Source: Lama guanicoe
Taxonomy: Eukaryota
Length of the DNA: 64,000 nt
Reading direction: 5' to 3'
Assembly: GCA_013239625.1 (NCBI GenBank)
Contig: MU054187.1
Coordinates: 7,389,757-7,453,756 of the forward strand
The translations under genes and the position numbers were made by a program. Under the pieces are notes generated by a model that saw only the letters and a program-made list of their open reading frames with translations, was not told where the DNA came from and ran no database searches. How positions within the stretch are numbered: position 1 is the first letter of the stretch; every line of letters begins with the position of its first letter. Below are positions 12,801 through 25,697 of the stretch, one piece after another.

Positions 12801-12984
12801 CAACCCAGGGACATACTCATTGTTTGGTACTGCAGTTTAAAAGTATTAGGCTGAATTTGGCTATCTTTTAGTGTTTCAGAAAATTAGTGGGAAATGCCTT
12901 GTATTTTGGCCATATCTTTTGTATCCTCTCCCCACCTGCCCCCCTCTGGAAATGACTGCAAAGCACTTAACTGTTATTTTAGGC

Positions 12985-13155
12985 TTCTTTTTATTAATCC
13001 TCAAAACATCCCTATAAGGAGATAGAGGGTACATGGTATTGTCGCTGTTTTTGTAGGTGGGAAAACATGATGCACAGATCTGTTGACTTTCCTAACTTGA
13101 TGTAGTCAGGACCAGAGCAGAGAATCACCTGGCTCCTAAGGCCCATGTTCTATCT
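12985..13155 (+). mobile_element. MIR fragment in intron 2
   Basis: TTAATCCTCAAAACATCCCTATAAGG...TTTTGTAGGTGGGAAAACATGATGCACAGA resembles the MIR core TTTTACAGATGAGGAAACTGAGGCACAGA; strand given is that of this motif. Confidence 0.6.
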
Positions 13156-13202
13156 TGATTTGACTCTGCTTCATAGAGCAGAGGAAACAGGCGAAGAATC
13201 AT
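13145..13202 (+). CDS. YTHDF3: Alternative N-terminal coding exon segment (MFYLDLTLLHRAEETGEES+T) splicing in frame to exon 3
   Basis: ATG 13145, 19 codons + 1 nt, donor CAT|GTAAGT at 13203; same phase as exon 2, giving ...EESF-SVQNG; matches my recollection of annotated alternative YTHDF3 N-termini in other mammals. Confidence 0.65.
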
Positions 13203-15456
13203 GTAAGTCATCTGTTCTTTTTTCCCTGAAGAACTTGTACAGGCTATGGAACTGGCTTGGATTTCATTACTATTTAATTAATGGCTTTCAGTCTCCAAGA
13301 CATTAGATTGTCATTAAGCAATGTTCAAAACGTAAAATCTTGTAAGACAGTTCAACATCTTTAAGAACTGTACTTCTGAAACTCTAGGGCTAGCTTCCTA
13401 CTCAAATTCTAATTTGATGCAAATTGCTTGTCAGTATATATAAAATACTTAAAAAACAAAACGAAACATTTTTTCTTAGGTTGACATACTCCTTAAGTAA
13501 TCTTTTAGGACTTTTTTGGGCATATTAATGCATCATTTATAAATGCCTATAGACTACTTAGTGTATGAGAATATTTTCTTAGTCTAAGCCTCTTCGAAGA
13601 GGAATGACAACAGGAAATGAGTAAAAATAGCAGTATAATATATACTTAGATAAATTTTAAGTAGGTGCTTTTTTACTGTTGTAGCAGTGTGGGCTAAATT
13701 TCTGAGAATCCACTGAATAAAAGAAATAAATATTTGTAATTTTGAAATGGGTTATCTGTTTCAAATACTGGCAAAAATGTACCAGTGTAATAGTCCAATA
13801 GCGTAGTGGAGAATTTTTTCAAGAAGTAACAGACCAGACATAACTATTTTTGAGGAAAGAGTGGTAAAGGATCTGTTTAGAATCTCTTGGGCTGAAATGA
13901 TTAGCCCATCAGAAATTACCTAAGGTACTCTCCGCTTTAATTTTGTTCCTAGTGGCTGTTACGTATTTAGATTCTGGGAAAGACATTTAGCTCAACCCTG
14001 GGCTTTGATGCAGTCCTTATCAAATACAGTTAAACCAACTCAGTGGAGCCAGGGTCAGGGTGACCTTCAGGTTGCTCATGGAGTTTTAGGGGCAGTGTAG
14101 TGTAGAGTATTGAGAGGTCTAGTTTGAAGGCCTCACAGAATAGTAGTCTTTTATGTTGTTGTTTTAAACGATCCTTGCTACTCGGTGGGTGGCAAAAAAC
14201 TAAGGGATTTTACCTATCTTTGCTCCCATGCCGCTGTCAACTTGTATATATTTAGGTCATCTAAACTTGCTGCGGTAATTGGGGAAAATAAAGATGGTAT
14301 GACATAATAGAATACACAACTTAGATCCATTGCTCCCAACCTTAATTTATAATATTTTGTGTTTAAATATTGTATTTAAAACTACTACACTGTAGTTTTA
14401 AGCAATGAATCTTCAGGAACTGAGGAAGTTTTTTTTGTTTCTTAGAGTTTGGTTGATTAGTGATAGGCTTCTGTTTATGTAGTCCTCAAGTGATTTTTAG
14501 TACTGTTTGGATCTTGTAATATTTTACATAATAATATCCAAGATTATTAAATACTGTCATTGAATACTCAGATGAGATGAGGCAGGTGCTATTAATAACC
14601 TCCTTGAACAGAGAAGTAGAGTTCAGGAGGCTAAATTATTGACTAGAGATTACCCAGCTTCTCAGGGTTGGACTTGGGGACTCCAAACCCAGAACCGTCT
14701 TCCCTCAGGTCTGTGCTCAGAAGTGCTCTGAGCCAGTGTCCAGAATAACAACTTTATACAGAGCATTTATGGAAGTGATCTCTGAACCAATATGGCATTA
14801 TAAATTGTTCTCTGACTGGATTTTCTCATGTGTTCCAAGAGTAATCACGGTTATCTCTAGTGTCTTAGTTTTATTTGTACTTTCATATGAAAGTCTTCAT
14901 TGTTTTTTGTTTAGAATTTAGGCCCTTTTTAGTTAGATTTTTTATAATTATATTTATTCATTGTGTTAGTGCTTCAAGTGAATTGTAGCCACTTTTTAAA
15001 CTGGAGACATTTAAGATATTTATTTACCTTTATTGGACTAAGCAGTAGAGTAATTTAACAAAGGTAGAGAACATTTAGAAATCTCTCTTGTCAACACTAC
15101 TTGGAGCGGTTATTTTAGATTCAAGTATAATGTTAGCAAACCCTTCCAACATTTTAATTTAACTGCTTACTGCAGTGTTGAAATTGGGATGTTTACATTA
15201 TGTTTTTAGTAATGGGAAGTGTATATATAGTTTGGATCTATGTAAACTTGGGCTTATATATATAAGATTTGTAATATTTGGTGGCACATAGTTGTAAACA
15301 AAATTAAGTTAATCCTTAAGGGGGCTTTTAAATGAAAAGAACAAAGAACCAGGATAACTTTTTCTGAGTTGATTTGAAAAATATTGAAAATGTTAGGTTA
15401 TTTTGTGAGTTTCATAAAGATAACTATAATACATCTAATACAAGCATATTTTTTAG

Positions 15457-15542
15457 TTTCAGTACAAAACGGTTCGATTCATCAAAAAGATGCTGTAAAT
15501 GATGATGATTTTGAGCCATACTTAAGTAGCCAGACAAATCAG
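15457..15542 (+). CDS. YTHDF3: YTHDF3 coding exon 3 ([29 protein letters not shown])
   Basis: Acceptor TTTTTTAG ending 15456, donor CAG|GTAAGT at 15543; 86 nt restores phase 0; DDDFEPYL motif is typical of YTHDF1-3. Confidence 0.96.
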
Positions 15543-18500
15543 GTAAGTCTGACAGTCCCATCATTAGGAAATTAAGCTTGTATTATTATTAATTGATTTT
15601 TGAAAATAGATGCATTAATTGAATGAGAATACCCATTACATGAGTTATTCTTGTGTGCCTGCATGATAGTGAATAGCAGTTGCAGGTGTATAACACAGGA
15701 GAGTTCTTTAGAAATTAGAGATGGCTGAAACTAGATTATGAAATACAGAGATCTGAAAATGAGCAATTTTTTATATATTATGGTTAGATTTTTTTCAACT
15801 GTTGAATTTAATATTTCAATGCTGCTTCATTACCAAAGCAAATTACAAGGTTTAATTAATTAAGAAATTTGTGGGAGAGGACTAGTTTGTGCCTGAAATT
15901 TTTGGTTAGTATAATTAAAGTTTTGCTATAACCTTGTAACATAGGGGAAAGAATTAAAGACATAAACACACTTGCTTATATTTTGTACGCATGGAGGGTT
16001 TCATTGAGTCAAATAACGATGGCTTTTGAGGTTCTTCTGTTTTAAGTTTTCACAAATAATGTGAATTTATTTACAGGAATAACTTAGATCTAAACATTGA
16101 CAAAAAAGAATGGTATTCTTTAGTTTCTATATACCATTTTTGTGTCTATTTGTCATGTTAATAAGAATGTCACTGCTAGAAATAAATTTAAAAAATAAAC
16201 TTTCATTATTAACTAGTTTCTTTGGAGAGAACATTCTGCAATGAAACTGCTTTTGTTTTGCTTATAAAAAGATACGTGAAAAATAATACCTTGAAATCTT
16301 AACCTCTGGATTTTTTTTAACTTGTAAAAGGAAAGGGAACCAAATATTATTACAGAACTTTACAATTGTAAAGAAGATTTGAACAAAAAGTAGTTTCCAA
16401 TTTGTGGAATGTACAGTGTGATTATTTTTAAGACTTTGGAAAGCCATGGTTATGTTCAACCTGATCTACTTGGTCATTTATTTCTCTTTAACCACCCTCT
16501 TCTATCTGTTGATCAACATTCCTGGCATATGTTGGGAGGGAGTAAAAGATGAGAAAGACTAAAAACAGGTGATAAAATCTATGAAAGTTTGGCTACTCTT
16601 TAAAGAATGAAAAAGTTCGTTTCGTATTTACATAATCTAGCTTTATGATCTCAATACCAAGTTTACTTTCCACCTAAAGGTTGTGAAAGAATGTATCACT
16701 GGAAAGTAGGGGAAGATCATTTGTTGCCAAGTGTAGTGCAAGTTTTAAAAGAAATAAACAGTATTCTATTTGGGCCATTCAGTCATCTCAGTTAACATCC
16801 CTTACGGCAATGTTTCCCAGCTTTTTCTTTGAGAAATTCTGATGTAATGAAGTATAGTAGATGTTTTCCTGAAAAGATCTGGGATCAGATAAGTTTTTAT
16901 TTGGTCTAAATAATTGAATTTTTTTTTTCTTGGCTACTTGATTTTATACTTTATTATAATATGTGAAGTGAATTTCTAAGGCAGCGATATAGTATGAATA
17001 TTCTTTGACTTATTTGTTCAAACTATTTTCAAGACATTTTAATGGATTGTAAATGTTTGAGAATTGCAACCTATAAGAATCTTCTTGTTTTACTTGGTAA
17101 CAGATATTTTATAATTTATTTGTCACAGGGGCTTAGAAGATTGGTTTTTTGGCATTCCACAAAGATGCTTCAGGTCTGCCTAGGGGAGACCTGGGGAGGG
17201 TACCCTGGATCCCACCTTTGCAGGAACCAGAGCTGTGCTTTGCTTTTTTATGTGTTTTATATGTTGGAATTCTGCATAAGATTTCACTTACTTTAAATTG
17301 TTGGAAATCATTACTTTTTAAGACTATAAGGGCATTTGCCTAGTGAACCCAATTTTTAAATTGTATCATTAAAGTTTCCATATGTTGGGGCAAAAATATC
17401 TATGAAAGATTTGCTTTAATGTGATGTTTAAATGGAAGGTCTTGTGCTTTATATTAATTAAATCATTTAATTCATGATGTTTGAATCAATATAGTCATGT
17501 GCTATTTAAAGAGAAGCCTTAAAGTTTGATACCAATAATGCTGTATTTTACCTCCCTCTCCTTGCTAGTACTAATGAATAGATTTTCAGCAATTATCTTT
17601 CTATAATACTAAAAATAATCTGTAACCAAGGTACATGTTTACATTTTAAAAAGTACTGACACTATAAAATATTGAAAACTGGTTTTAGTGGAGAGCAGAA
17701 TTGAAAATTATTTGAAATCTTAAAGGTAAGTTGTATAAGAATTTAGATTTAATCATAGTTGCTTAGCTAAAAATAGAAAATTTTTTACAAATTGACCTTT
17801 TAAAGCAGATTAGTGGAAACTGGATTTATTGATGAAATACCTCAAGTTATTATTTACAGATTTAAAGTTATGCAAGTTATTTATAGCTCCTTATACTGAT
17901 CTCACTGAAATAATTGTTTAAATAAAAAAAATTTTCAACTAAATACACAGTATGTCTTTAAAACTAAATCCCTTTGTCTGATTTTATTATAAACAATAAA
18001 AATGAATCATTAGTCTGGAAAGGTTTTTCAATTTTTGTTTTGTATACTTAGATCTAAATCAGATCAAACTCAGGCTTGCTTTAAAACAGGTTGTTGGTCT
18101 TTACTTTTGTGGCTGCATATTTCTTCTGTTTTCTAGTGCTCAATTTCTTAGGGAATAATTTTCATAGTAATGTTAAAAGTAAATATTTGTCCTTTAGGTA
18201 TTAAAATTAGTTCTTTATAGTTCCCTCAGAATTCTGATGATTAAGTTGATTGAAAATTCGGGTTTAGTTGGTATTGTTAAAGGTGCTATGTAATTTGTGC
18301 ATGTAAGTTTTCCTAACTGGTGATTCTGTATTGCTACTCAGTGGTCTTAAAGTCCAATTCTGTCATTGTCACGTTAAAGAATTAACAAAATTTCTCAATT
18401 GGATACATTTATTATAAGAGTGCCCTTAAAGTGACTCCTCCTCTCTCCCTGTCAGATCTTTGATCAGCTTTATCCATCTAACTTATTCAGGGAAATAGGA

Positions 18501-21149
18501 CTTAATTTTTTTCTGAAAATATAAATATTTTCTGAATATTTTCTTTAATGATCTCAACTTTTATATGTATAATTTACACACACGTGTGTGTATATACACA
18601 GACTCATGTCTATCACTTCATGAAGTCTTCTGATTTTCCCAGTTACTTGCTCCCTCCTGTTTGCACTAGAGTGTTTGAATTTATTTTGTTTATGTTTCCA
18701 TAACAATACTTATGAAATTGTGGGGGCAGCTGTGTCTTCCCCACTAGACCTGTGAATTGCTCCAGGTCAGAGACCATGTTTTCATCTTTTTGTCTCCAGT
18801 AACTGGTACTGTATCTGGCATATAGTAGGATTCATTAATTATTTATACAATGGATGGATTAGGTTAACTGATAGATTTAGGGAATGAAGTATGGTTGATG
18901 AAATACTTGGATTAATTGAGTATGATGTATAATACATTTTTTTCTTAATATCTTTAGGATTAGGTATGCATGGATTGTATATTTTTTTGAAAGGTACAGT
19001 AGTGTTTTTTAAAATATTAGAAGAAAATGCGCATAAGCATTAAAAATATACTGAACTTTTAACTTTTTTGTTGTTAATCCAGAAGTCAGTTCTGGAGTTC
19101 GTGAAGTACGTCAGGTTCTTAATAGAAAACAGTTTTCATTGTTATCAGTGCAGAAGTCCTGTTAGTGGTGAAATAATGCCTTAATCTTTTTTTATTGAAC
19201 TTCTAAGACATTGTACAGTGTTCTCTCTTGGAAGTTTGGATATTTACGAAGTAAAAATGGGTGTTAAGTTACCATAACTGAAAGACTCAGTTATAATTGT
19301 ATTAAAATGCCCTTAGGTCAGAACAGTAATCATCAATTTTTTCTTACTATTGTTCAAGTTTTCTTTGAGATAATGGAAAAACAGTTAACCTACATCACAA
19401 AGGCTAGGAAATGATAATTATAAATGACTTTGAAAATCTAAGGAAGAATTTTAAATCTTTTCTGTGTTTTAGTTTTCAAATTTTAAAAAAAGGCTTAACT
19501 CATATACTTCAGTATAGCACTTTGCAATTAACAGTTGATTTTTAAAACTTAAAAAAAAGTAGATTTTTAAATTGATTAGAGCAGAAGGTATTACTCCATT
19601 TTACCCTGAAGAATCAGGGTTACAGAAATTAAATGATCTGATGATCACTGACACAGAAAGAGGGAGAGTACAGAATTAACCCCATATCCTTGATTACTAC
19701 AATCCCCACATCATACTGTGATTTTATCCTTTAAGATATGGACTGGACTAGGTTTGGAATTATACCACATAATTGGTGACTAATTTACATTTTAAATATA
19801 CATTTTCAAGAGGCAAGTTAAGTCGTATTAATAAATATAAGTTGTTGATTGAATTTTTAATGTATCCTAGGTACTTTCTCTTTGTTTCCTTTTAATAGCT
19901 GAGAAAGCAATTCAGAGTTTAAGTAACTTGATGCTGGCTGCATATAATTGTTAATACTGGGCTGGGATTAGAATTTAGATGCCTCATGGCTTCACCTCGA
20001 CCCTGTGTTAATTAAATTGCCTCTCTCCAGGTTGTGTTTCCCAGTGTATACTCTCGGTAAAGGGTTTGTGGATCTGTTCTTAGGAGTTTGTTCATTTATG
20101 TCCGTTGATTATTGTATCAGTGTTTATGTGTATGCATTATTTTCCCCTTTCTAATTTGTTCTTTGAGTAAGAGGGAAATACCAAGCATTTCACATCACTT
20201 TGCTTAAAGGTCAAATATCTTTAAACAAAAAAGTAAAATTTCACTGTTCCTGCCCAATTTCAGAATTATAAATAATTTAAAGTGATTATTTATTTGGACA
20301 TGAACTGTTAAATTGATTATGCTTTGTTGTACCAGGTTTGAAGTAAAAGGTGAAAGAAAGTAAGTTTTGAGTTACTATTTTCCATCATCAGTAAGTGGAG
20401 GTTTTGTTGCCCAAGGTACATTCCTCTAATTGATATTCCACTTGGCTAGCAATTAAAAATTTATCTTACATTTAGCAAAACATATTTTTAAATATTTCCA
20501 ATTATAACTGAAACTCTGCTAATTCAAAATATGTTGACCATATGTTATTTTTAAACTTTAGGTAGTTTCCTACAACTTTTTTTTTTCTTGCTAGAACCCA
20601 AACCAAAAACCCTTGCCTTTTGGAAGGAGACTGCTTAAGTTACTTACAAGGAAAAACATCTCATTTGGCTTAAAACTACTGAAAGAATTAGGAAATAAAC
20701 AGTTAGCATTGTTTGATGAATGGAGAAAGCAGAAAGTACATTTATCCAGTGTACTCAAGGATTATCCCAGGTGGTGGTAGCAGCACGTGGCCAGCTCTGT
20801 AGTCAGATGGAGACAGCCCTGCGTCTCTGCTTACTAATCTGTGCTGTCTGTTTGATAAGACAGTTATGATTAATGGAGCCACATTTTAAAGTAATTTAAA
20901 CTTCTCACTTCGAAAAAATCCCTGATTTAGGGGTGAAGTAGTAAAACTCATGATTTAAAAAAATAATTGAAAAGATACCTAATAAAAGCCCCCACACCCA
21001 AAAGGGTTTGGATCTGTTCCCCTGTTCCAGCCCCGGAAGTGTCAGGATTGGCAAAAATTGGTTACCCATTAATCTAATAATGTAGGTTGGTGGGTCTTTT
21101 TTCTTTTTTTTTTTTTTAAGGCATCAGTATAGATTAGGTAACCAGTTAA

Positions 21150-21325
21150 AATAGGATTGACAAATTGACCTAGGGACCAAATCCAGTCCATGCCCTATTT
21201 TCATTGAGGAAACCTGAGGTAGCAGCTTTTTATAAAGATGAATTTGTGACTGCAACCAGAGACTGTATTTGGCTTGTAAAGCTTAAAATATTTGCTCTTT
21301 GGTTCTTTAGTTTGCTGATTCCTGA
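21150..21325. mobile_element. MER58A-like hAT-Charlie element
   Basis: GGGACCAAATCCAGTCC...CAGAGACTGTATTTGGCTTGTAAAGCTTAAAATATTTGCTCTTTGG...TTTGCTGATTCCTG. Confidence 0.7.
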
Positions 21326-22761
21326 ATTATGTGATGGGTAGAGACAGATTAGGAACTTGATGTGTAACTGTTGTGTAAAATTCAGCATTTGTGAGGTTGT
21401 AATAAGAATATTCAGTATAAGTTATGAGTGTAATTTTGCAAACACTTTATCATGAGGAGTGAAGTTAAAATTTTCCACCTTGTCTGTTTTTCCTCTCCCA
21501 CATGGAGGTAAGGACATACTGAGTCCAGATGTCAGTGCCAGCATTCTACATTAAAACTTTGAAACTGGTCACCTCCATATTCAGCTGAGCTCTCTCTCTT
21601 CCCTCATTGGAGTTTATTTTCTTCTCTGTACTGTGTCTTTAACTGTAGGTTTTCTTTTAGAATGAGTATCTTCTATCAGTATGGTTCACAATGTAGGCAT
21701 TCAGTAAGTGGTTAAAATAAATAATAAAGTAATAAAAGGAAACCTTTAGTGACTTTAAAAAAGAAGTTTAAAAAATCTTAATTGATTGTATATGTTCATT
21801 TATATTAGGCAAACTTTAAGCTTTATCACAGTGGCTTGAATTTGCAGTACTATGAATGCTTTTTTAGTTTCAACAGATAAATTTAGTGCTTGAATTAAAA
21901 ATGTACGTGTGTATCCATGGCTACTAAAGTTTACTCATTAATTTAAGAATTTTTTTTTTTTTTTGAAAACCACTGTTGGTGATTTTGAGCTTCCCTCTCA
22001 GGTTTCATTTCCTTCATACTAATGTGAGCATTCTTTGAATATGTTTTGAAATATGGTTAATAATTACCTGATATAGTTAAAGAATATGTTTAACTAAATT
22101 AGTAAATAGTTCACACATACATTCCCAGTTTTGATGGTAAAATATACTTAATATCAAGTGTAGTTAATTTTTTTTCTTAAATAGTGCTAAGTGACACAGT
22201 TGTTTTGATTTTAAGATTAAGTGTTACTGGAAATACTCAGTAAATCTATGTCATAATAATTTAAATGCAACCTTTGATTATCTTAATTTAATATCAGTTA
22301 TTTCAAAAGAAAATATTAAATTAGCTTTCTCACAGTTGTAACTGTTGTAAGGTATGTCACAAGTAACTTAATAGTAATAGTAGAAAGCATCTTAGTTTTC
22401 AGTAATAGGCCTTTAAAAAAATTAAATGAATTCTGGGTAGTACCTATGATGTAATTGTCACACATTTATATTGATAAACTTTCTTTAGTAGGAAAGCAGT
22501 GGCAGAATAGTCCCAAGAGAGTAACAGCCTGAAAAAGGAGGAGAGGTCTCTATTTTGCACTTTGCTCCATTGTATTTTCCATTATGCTCCAGAGAACTTA
22601 GAATGTCTATATAAATAAGGTGAATAATCAGCCTTCCAAATGGTATTGACCCTTGCACGGGGATTACAAATTGTCCTGGCTGGATATTAGCGTAATTACA
22701 AATTCTAAGGCTCTGTCCAAGGCTTTAAAAATCACACCTAAACCAGAGTGAAAATCTGTTG

Positions 22762-23090
22762 CAATTTGTCACTTGGTATCCTTGGGGAATTAGTTCTAGG
22801 ACCCCCACTGATACCAAAATCCACAGATGCTCGAGTCCCATACGTAAAATGATGTAGTATTTGCCTATAACCTATGCACATCCTCCTGTGTACTTCAGAT
22901 CATCTGCAGATTACTTATAATACCAAATACAATGCAGGTGCTGTGTAAATAGCTATGTAAGTAGCTGCTGGTATGGCAGATTCAAGTTTGGTTTTTGGAA
23001 CCTTTTGGAAATTTTTTTTTCTGAATTTTTTCCATCCGTGGTTGGTTGACTCCATGGATGCAGAGCCTGCAGATTGGAGGGCTGATTGTA
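22762..23090 (+). mobile_element. MER2 (TcMar-Tigger MITE)
   Basis: GGACCCCCACTGATACCAAAATCCACAGATGCTCGAGTCCC...GCACATCCTCC...GATTACTTATAATACC...GGTTGGTTGACTCCATGGATGC...GGAGGGCTGATTGTA. Confidence 0.85.
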
Positions 23091-24001
23091 TCAGATGTAT
23101 TTTTGGCATAAGAAGCCTACTTTTTATAAGAAATCTTTATAATATTTTATTTTTTATACTGGTAACAAATTTGAGGTTTTTTTAAAAATAAAATTTGGTG
23201 CTTTGACTTTTGGCAAATCACTGAATGATTAATATTCAGAATGAAGGCTGATTTAATTGCAGTACTTTTGGGAAAAATTACAGGAACTCACTATTTCTGA
23301 ATGAAAATTCTGATCAGAAAGGTGGTAAGTTTATCGTGTAAAATAAAGAAAAGAGGCACTTGTTGCCAACCATTAAGAAACCATAGTTAGGATTTTATTC
23401 TCTTTTTCAAAACGAGCAAGGCACAACAAAACAAGAAATAAATTTGGATCATGCTCTAGGTAAAATCTTGAATCTTTTTTTTTTCTTAGAGTATGAGCAT
23501 TTCTCCATTTTATTTTTTCTTTGTAAAAGTACAAAATTTAATTGCTGAACTGGATTTCATCATATAGGTATACTGTAATTCCTCCATTGTTTGGCATAGT
23601 TTCCATGCTTGTTTAATCCTTGCGTATAAATTTTTGGATACATCAGTTGCTCAAAATAAAGCTAGCAATCAATATGTCTGCAAAGTTTATAGATCAGCTT
23701 TCTGTAGGAATTAGAATATTTTTAAATTGTGCCCAGAGAATCTGGCTCTTAAAAATAATCCTCTTCCCCCCTGCCCTGGGGAAAAAAAACCCCTGCAATT
23801 TTATAACAAAGATATTAAAGTAAAAATCATCAGTAAGTTTTTCTGTTGATAAAATTGGATTTGAAATTTTAGTTTTGTTATCTGCAGTAGGTGCTCTGTT
23901 TTTCATTTATCTACAACTATCTGATTTTAATCTTTCAGATGTTTTTTCCCCCTAATCTTCAGAGGACATTTCGCTCCTGATCATGATCTTTTATTTTCCA
24001 G

Positions 24002-25697
24002 AATAACAGCTATCCACCAATGTCAGATCCGTACATGCCTAGTTACTATGCTCCATCCATTGGATTTCCATATTCTCTTGGGGAAGCAGCATGGTCCACA
24101 GCTGGAGACCAACCTATGCCATATCTGACAACCTATGGACAAATGAGTAATGGGGAACATCATTATATACCAGATGGTGTGTTTAGTCAACCTGGGGCAT
24201 TAGGAAATACCCCTCCATTTCTTGGTCAACATGGATTTAACTTTTTTCCTGGTAATGCTGATTTCTCTACATGGGGGACAAGTGGATCTCAGGGACAATC
24301 AACACAAAGTTCTGCTTATAGTAGCAGTTACGGCTATCCACCTAGTTCTCTTGGGAGAGCTATTACTGATGGACAGGCTGGATTTGGCAATGATACTTTG
24401 AGTAAGGTGCCTGGCATTAGCAGTATTGAGCAAGGCATGACTGGACTGAAAATTGGTGGTGACCTGACAGCTGCAGTGACGAAAACCGTAGGAACAGCTT
24501 TGAGCAGCAGTGGGATGACTAGCATCGCAACCAATAGCGTGCCCCCGGTCAGCAGCGCAGCGCCGAAACCCACCTCCTGGGCCGCCATCGCCAGAAAGCC
24601 TGCCAAACCTCAGCCGAAACTTAAACCCAAGGGCAGCGTGGGGATCGGGGGCTCTGCTGTGCCGCCACCTCCTATAAAACACAACATGAACATTGGAACT
24701 TGGGATGAAAAGGGGTCAGTGGTGAAGGCTCCACCAACCCAACCAGTTCTGCCTCCTCAAACTATAATCCAGCAGCCTCAGCCATTAATCCAGCCACCGC
24801 CACTGGTGCAGAGCCAGCTGCCTCAGCAGCAGCCTCCGGCGCCGCAGGCGCAGGCGCAGCCGGGGCCGCCGCCGCAGCCCCAGCCCCACCCGGCGCAGGC
24901 GCAGCCGCCGCAGACTGCCTCAGCAGCAGCCTCCGGCGCCGCAGGCGCAGGCGCAGCCGGGGCCGCCGCCGCAGGCCCAGCCCCACCCTGCGCAGGCGCA
25001 GCCGCCGCAGCTGCAGAGCCGCTGGGTGGCCCCGCGGAACCGGGGGGCCGGCTTCAGCCAGAACAATGGCGTGGGCGGTGAGAACTTTGGTTTAGGTGTT
25101 GTTCCCGTCAGCGCTTCGCCTTCCAGTGTAGAAGTGCATCCTGTGCTGGAAAAGCTAAAGGCCATAAACAACTATAATCCCAAAGACTTTGACTGGAACC
25201 TGAAGAACGGACGTGTGTTTATCATTAAAAGCTATTCTGAGGACGACATCCACCGTTCCATTAAGTACTCTATCTGGTGTAGTACTGAGCATGGTAATAA
25301 GCGTTTGGATGCAGCGTACCGTTCCCTGAACGGGAAGGGCCCACTCTATTTACTCTTCAGTGTGAATGGCAGTGGACATTTTTGTGGAGTGGCTGAGATG
25401 AAGTCTGTTGTGGACTATAACGCGTACGCCGGTGTCTGGTCTCAGGATAAGTGGAAGGGCAAGTTTGAAGTTAAATGGATCTTTGTCAAAGATGTTCCCA
25501 ATAACCAGTTACGGCATATTCGCTTAGAAAATAATGACAACAAACCGGTTACCAATTCAAGGGACACTCAAGAGGTACCCCTAGAAAAAGCTAAGCAAGT
25601 GCTTAAAATAATTGCTACTTTCAAGCATACCACCTCAATCTTTGATGACTTTGCACATTACGAAAAGCGTCAAGAAGAGGAGGAAGCCATGCGTAGG
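24002..25697 (+). CDS. YTHDF3: YTHDF3 coding exon 4: low-complexity P/Q region and YTH domain (frameshifted as assembled at ~24914)
   Basis: Acceptor TTTTCCAG ending 24001, donor AGG|GTAAGA at 25698. ORFs 24020..25081 and 25026..25712 are the N-terminal half and the YTH half ([26 protein letters not shown]...WSQDKWKG...NSRDTQE) in different frames. Length 1696 = 1599 + 97 (96-nt duplication + A). Confidence 0.96.
24818..25010 (+). repeat. 96-nt tandem duplication inside exon 4 with a 1-nt spacer
   Basis: Copy 1 24818-24913, A at 24914, copy 2 24915-25010; 94/96 identical (C24878/G24975, G24892/T24989). Confidence 0.97.

Noticed and set aside
24299..25171. Antisense ORFs over exon 4
   Set aside because: Shadow frames of GC-rich coding sequence.
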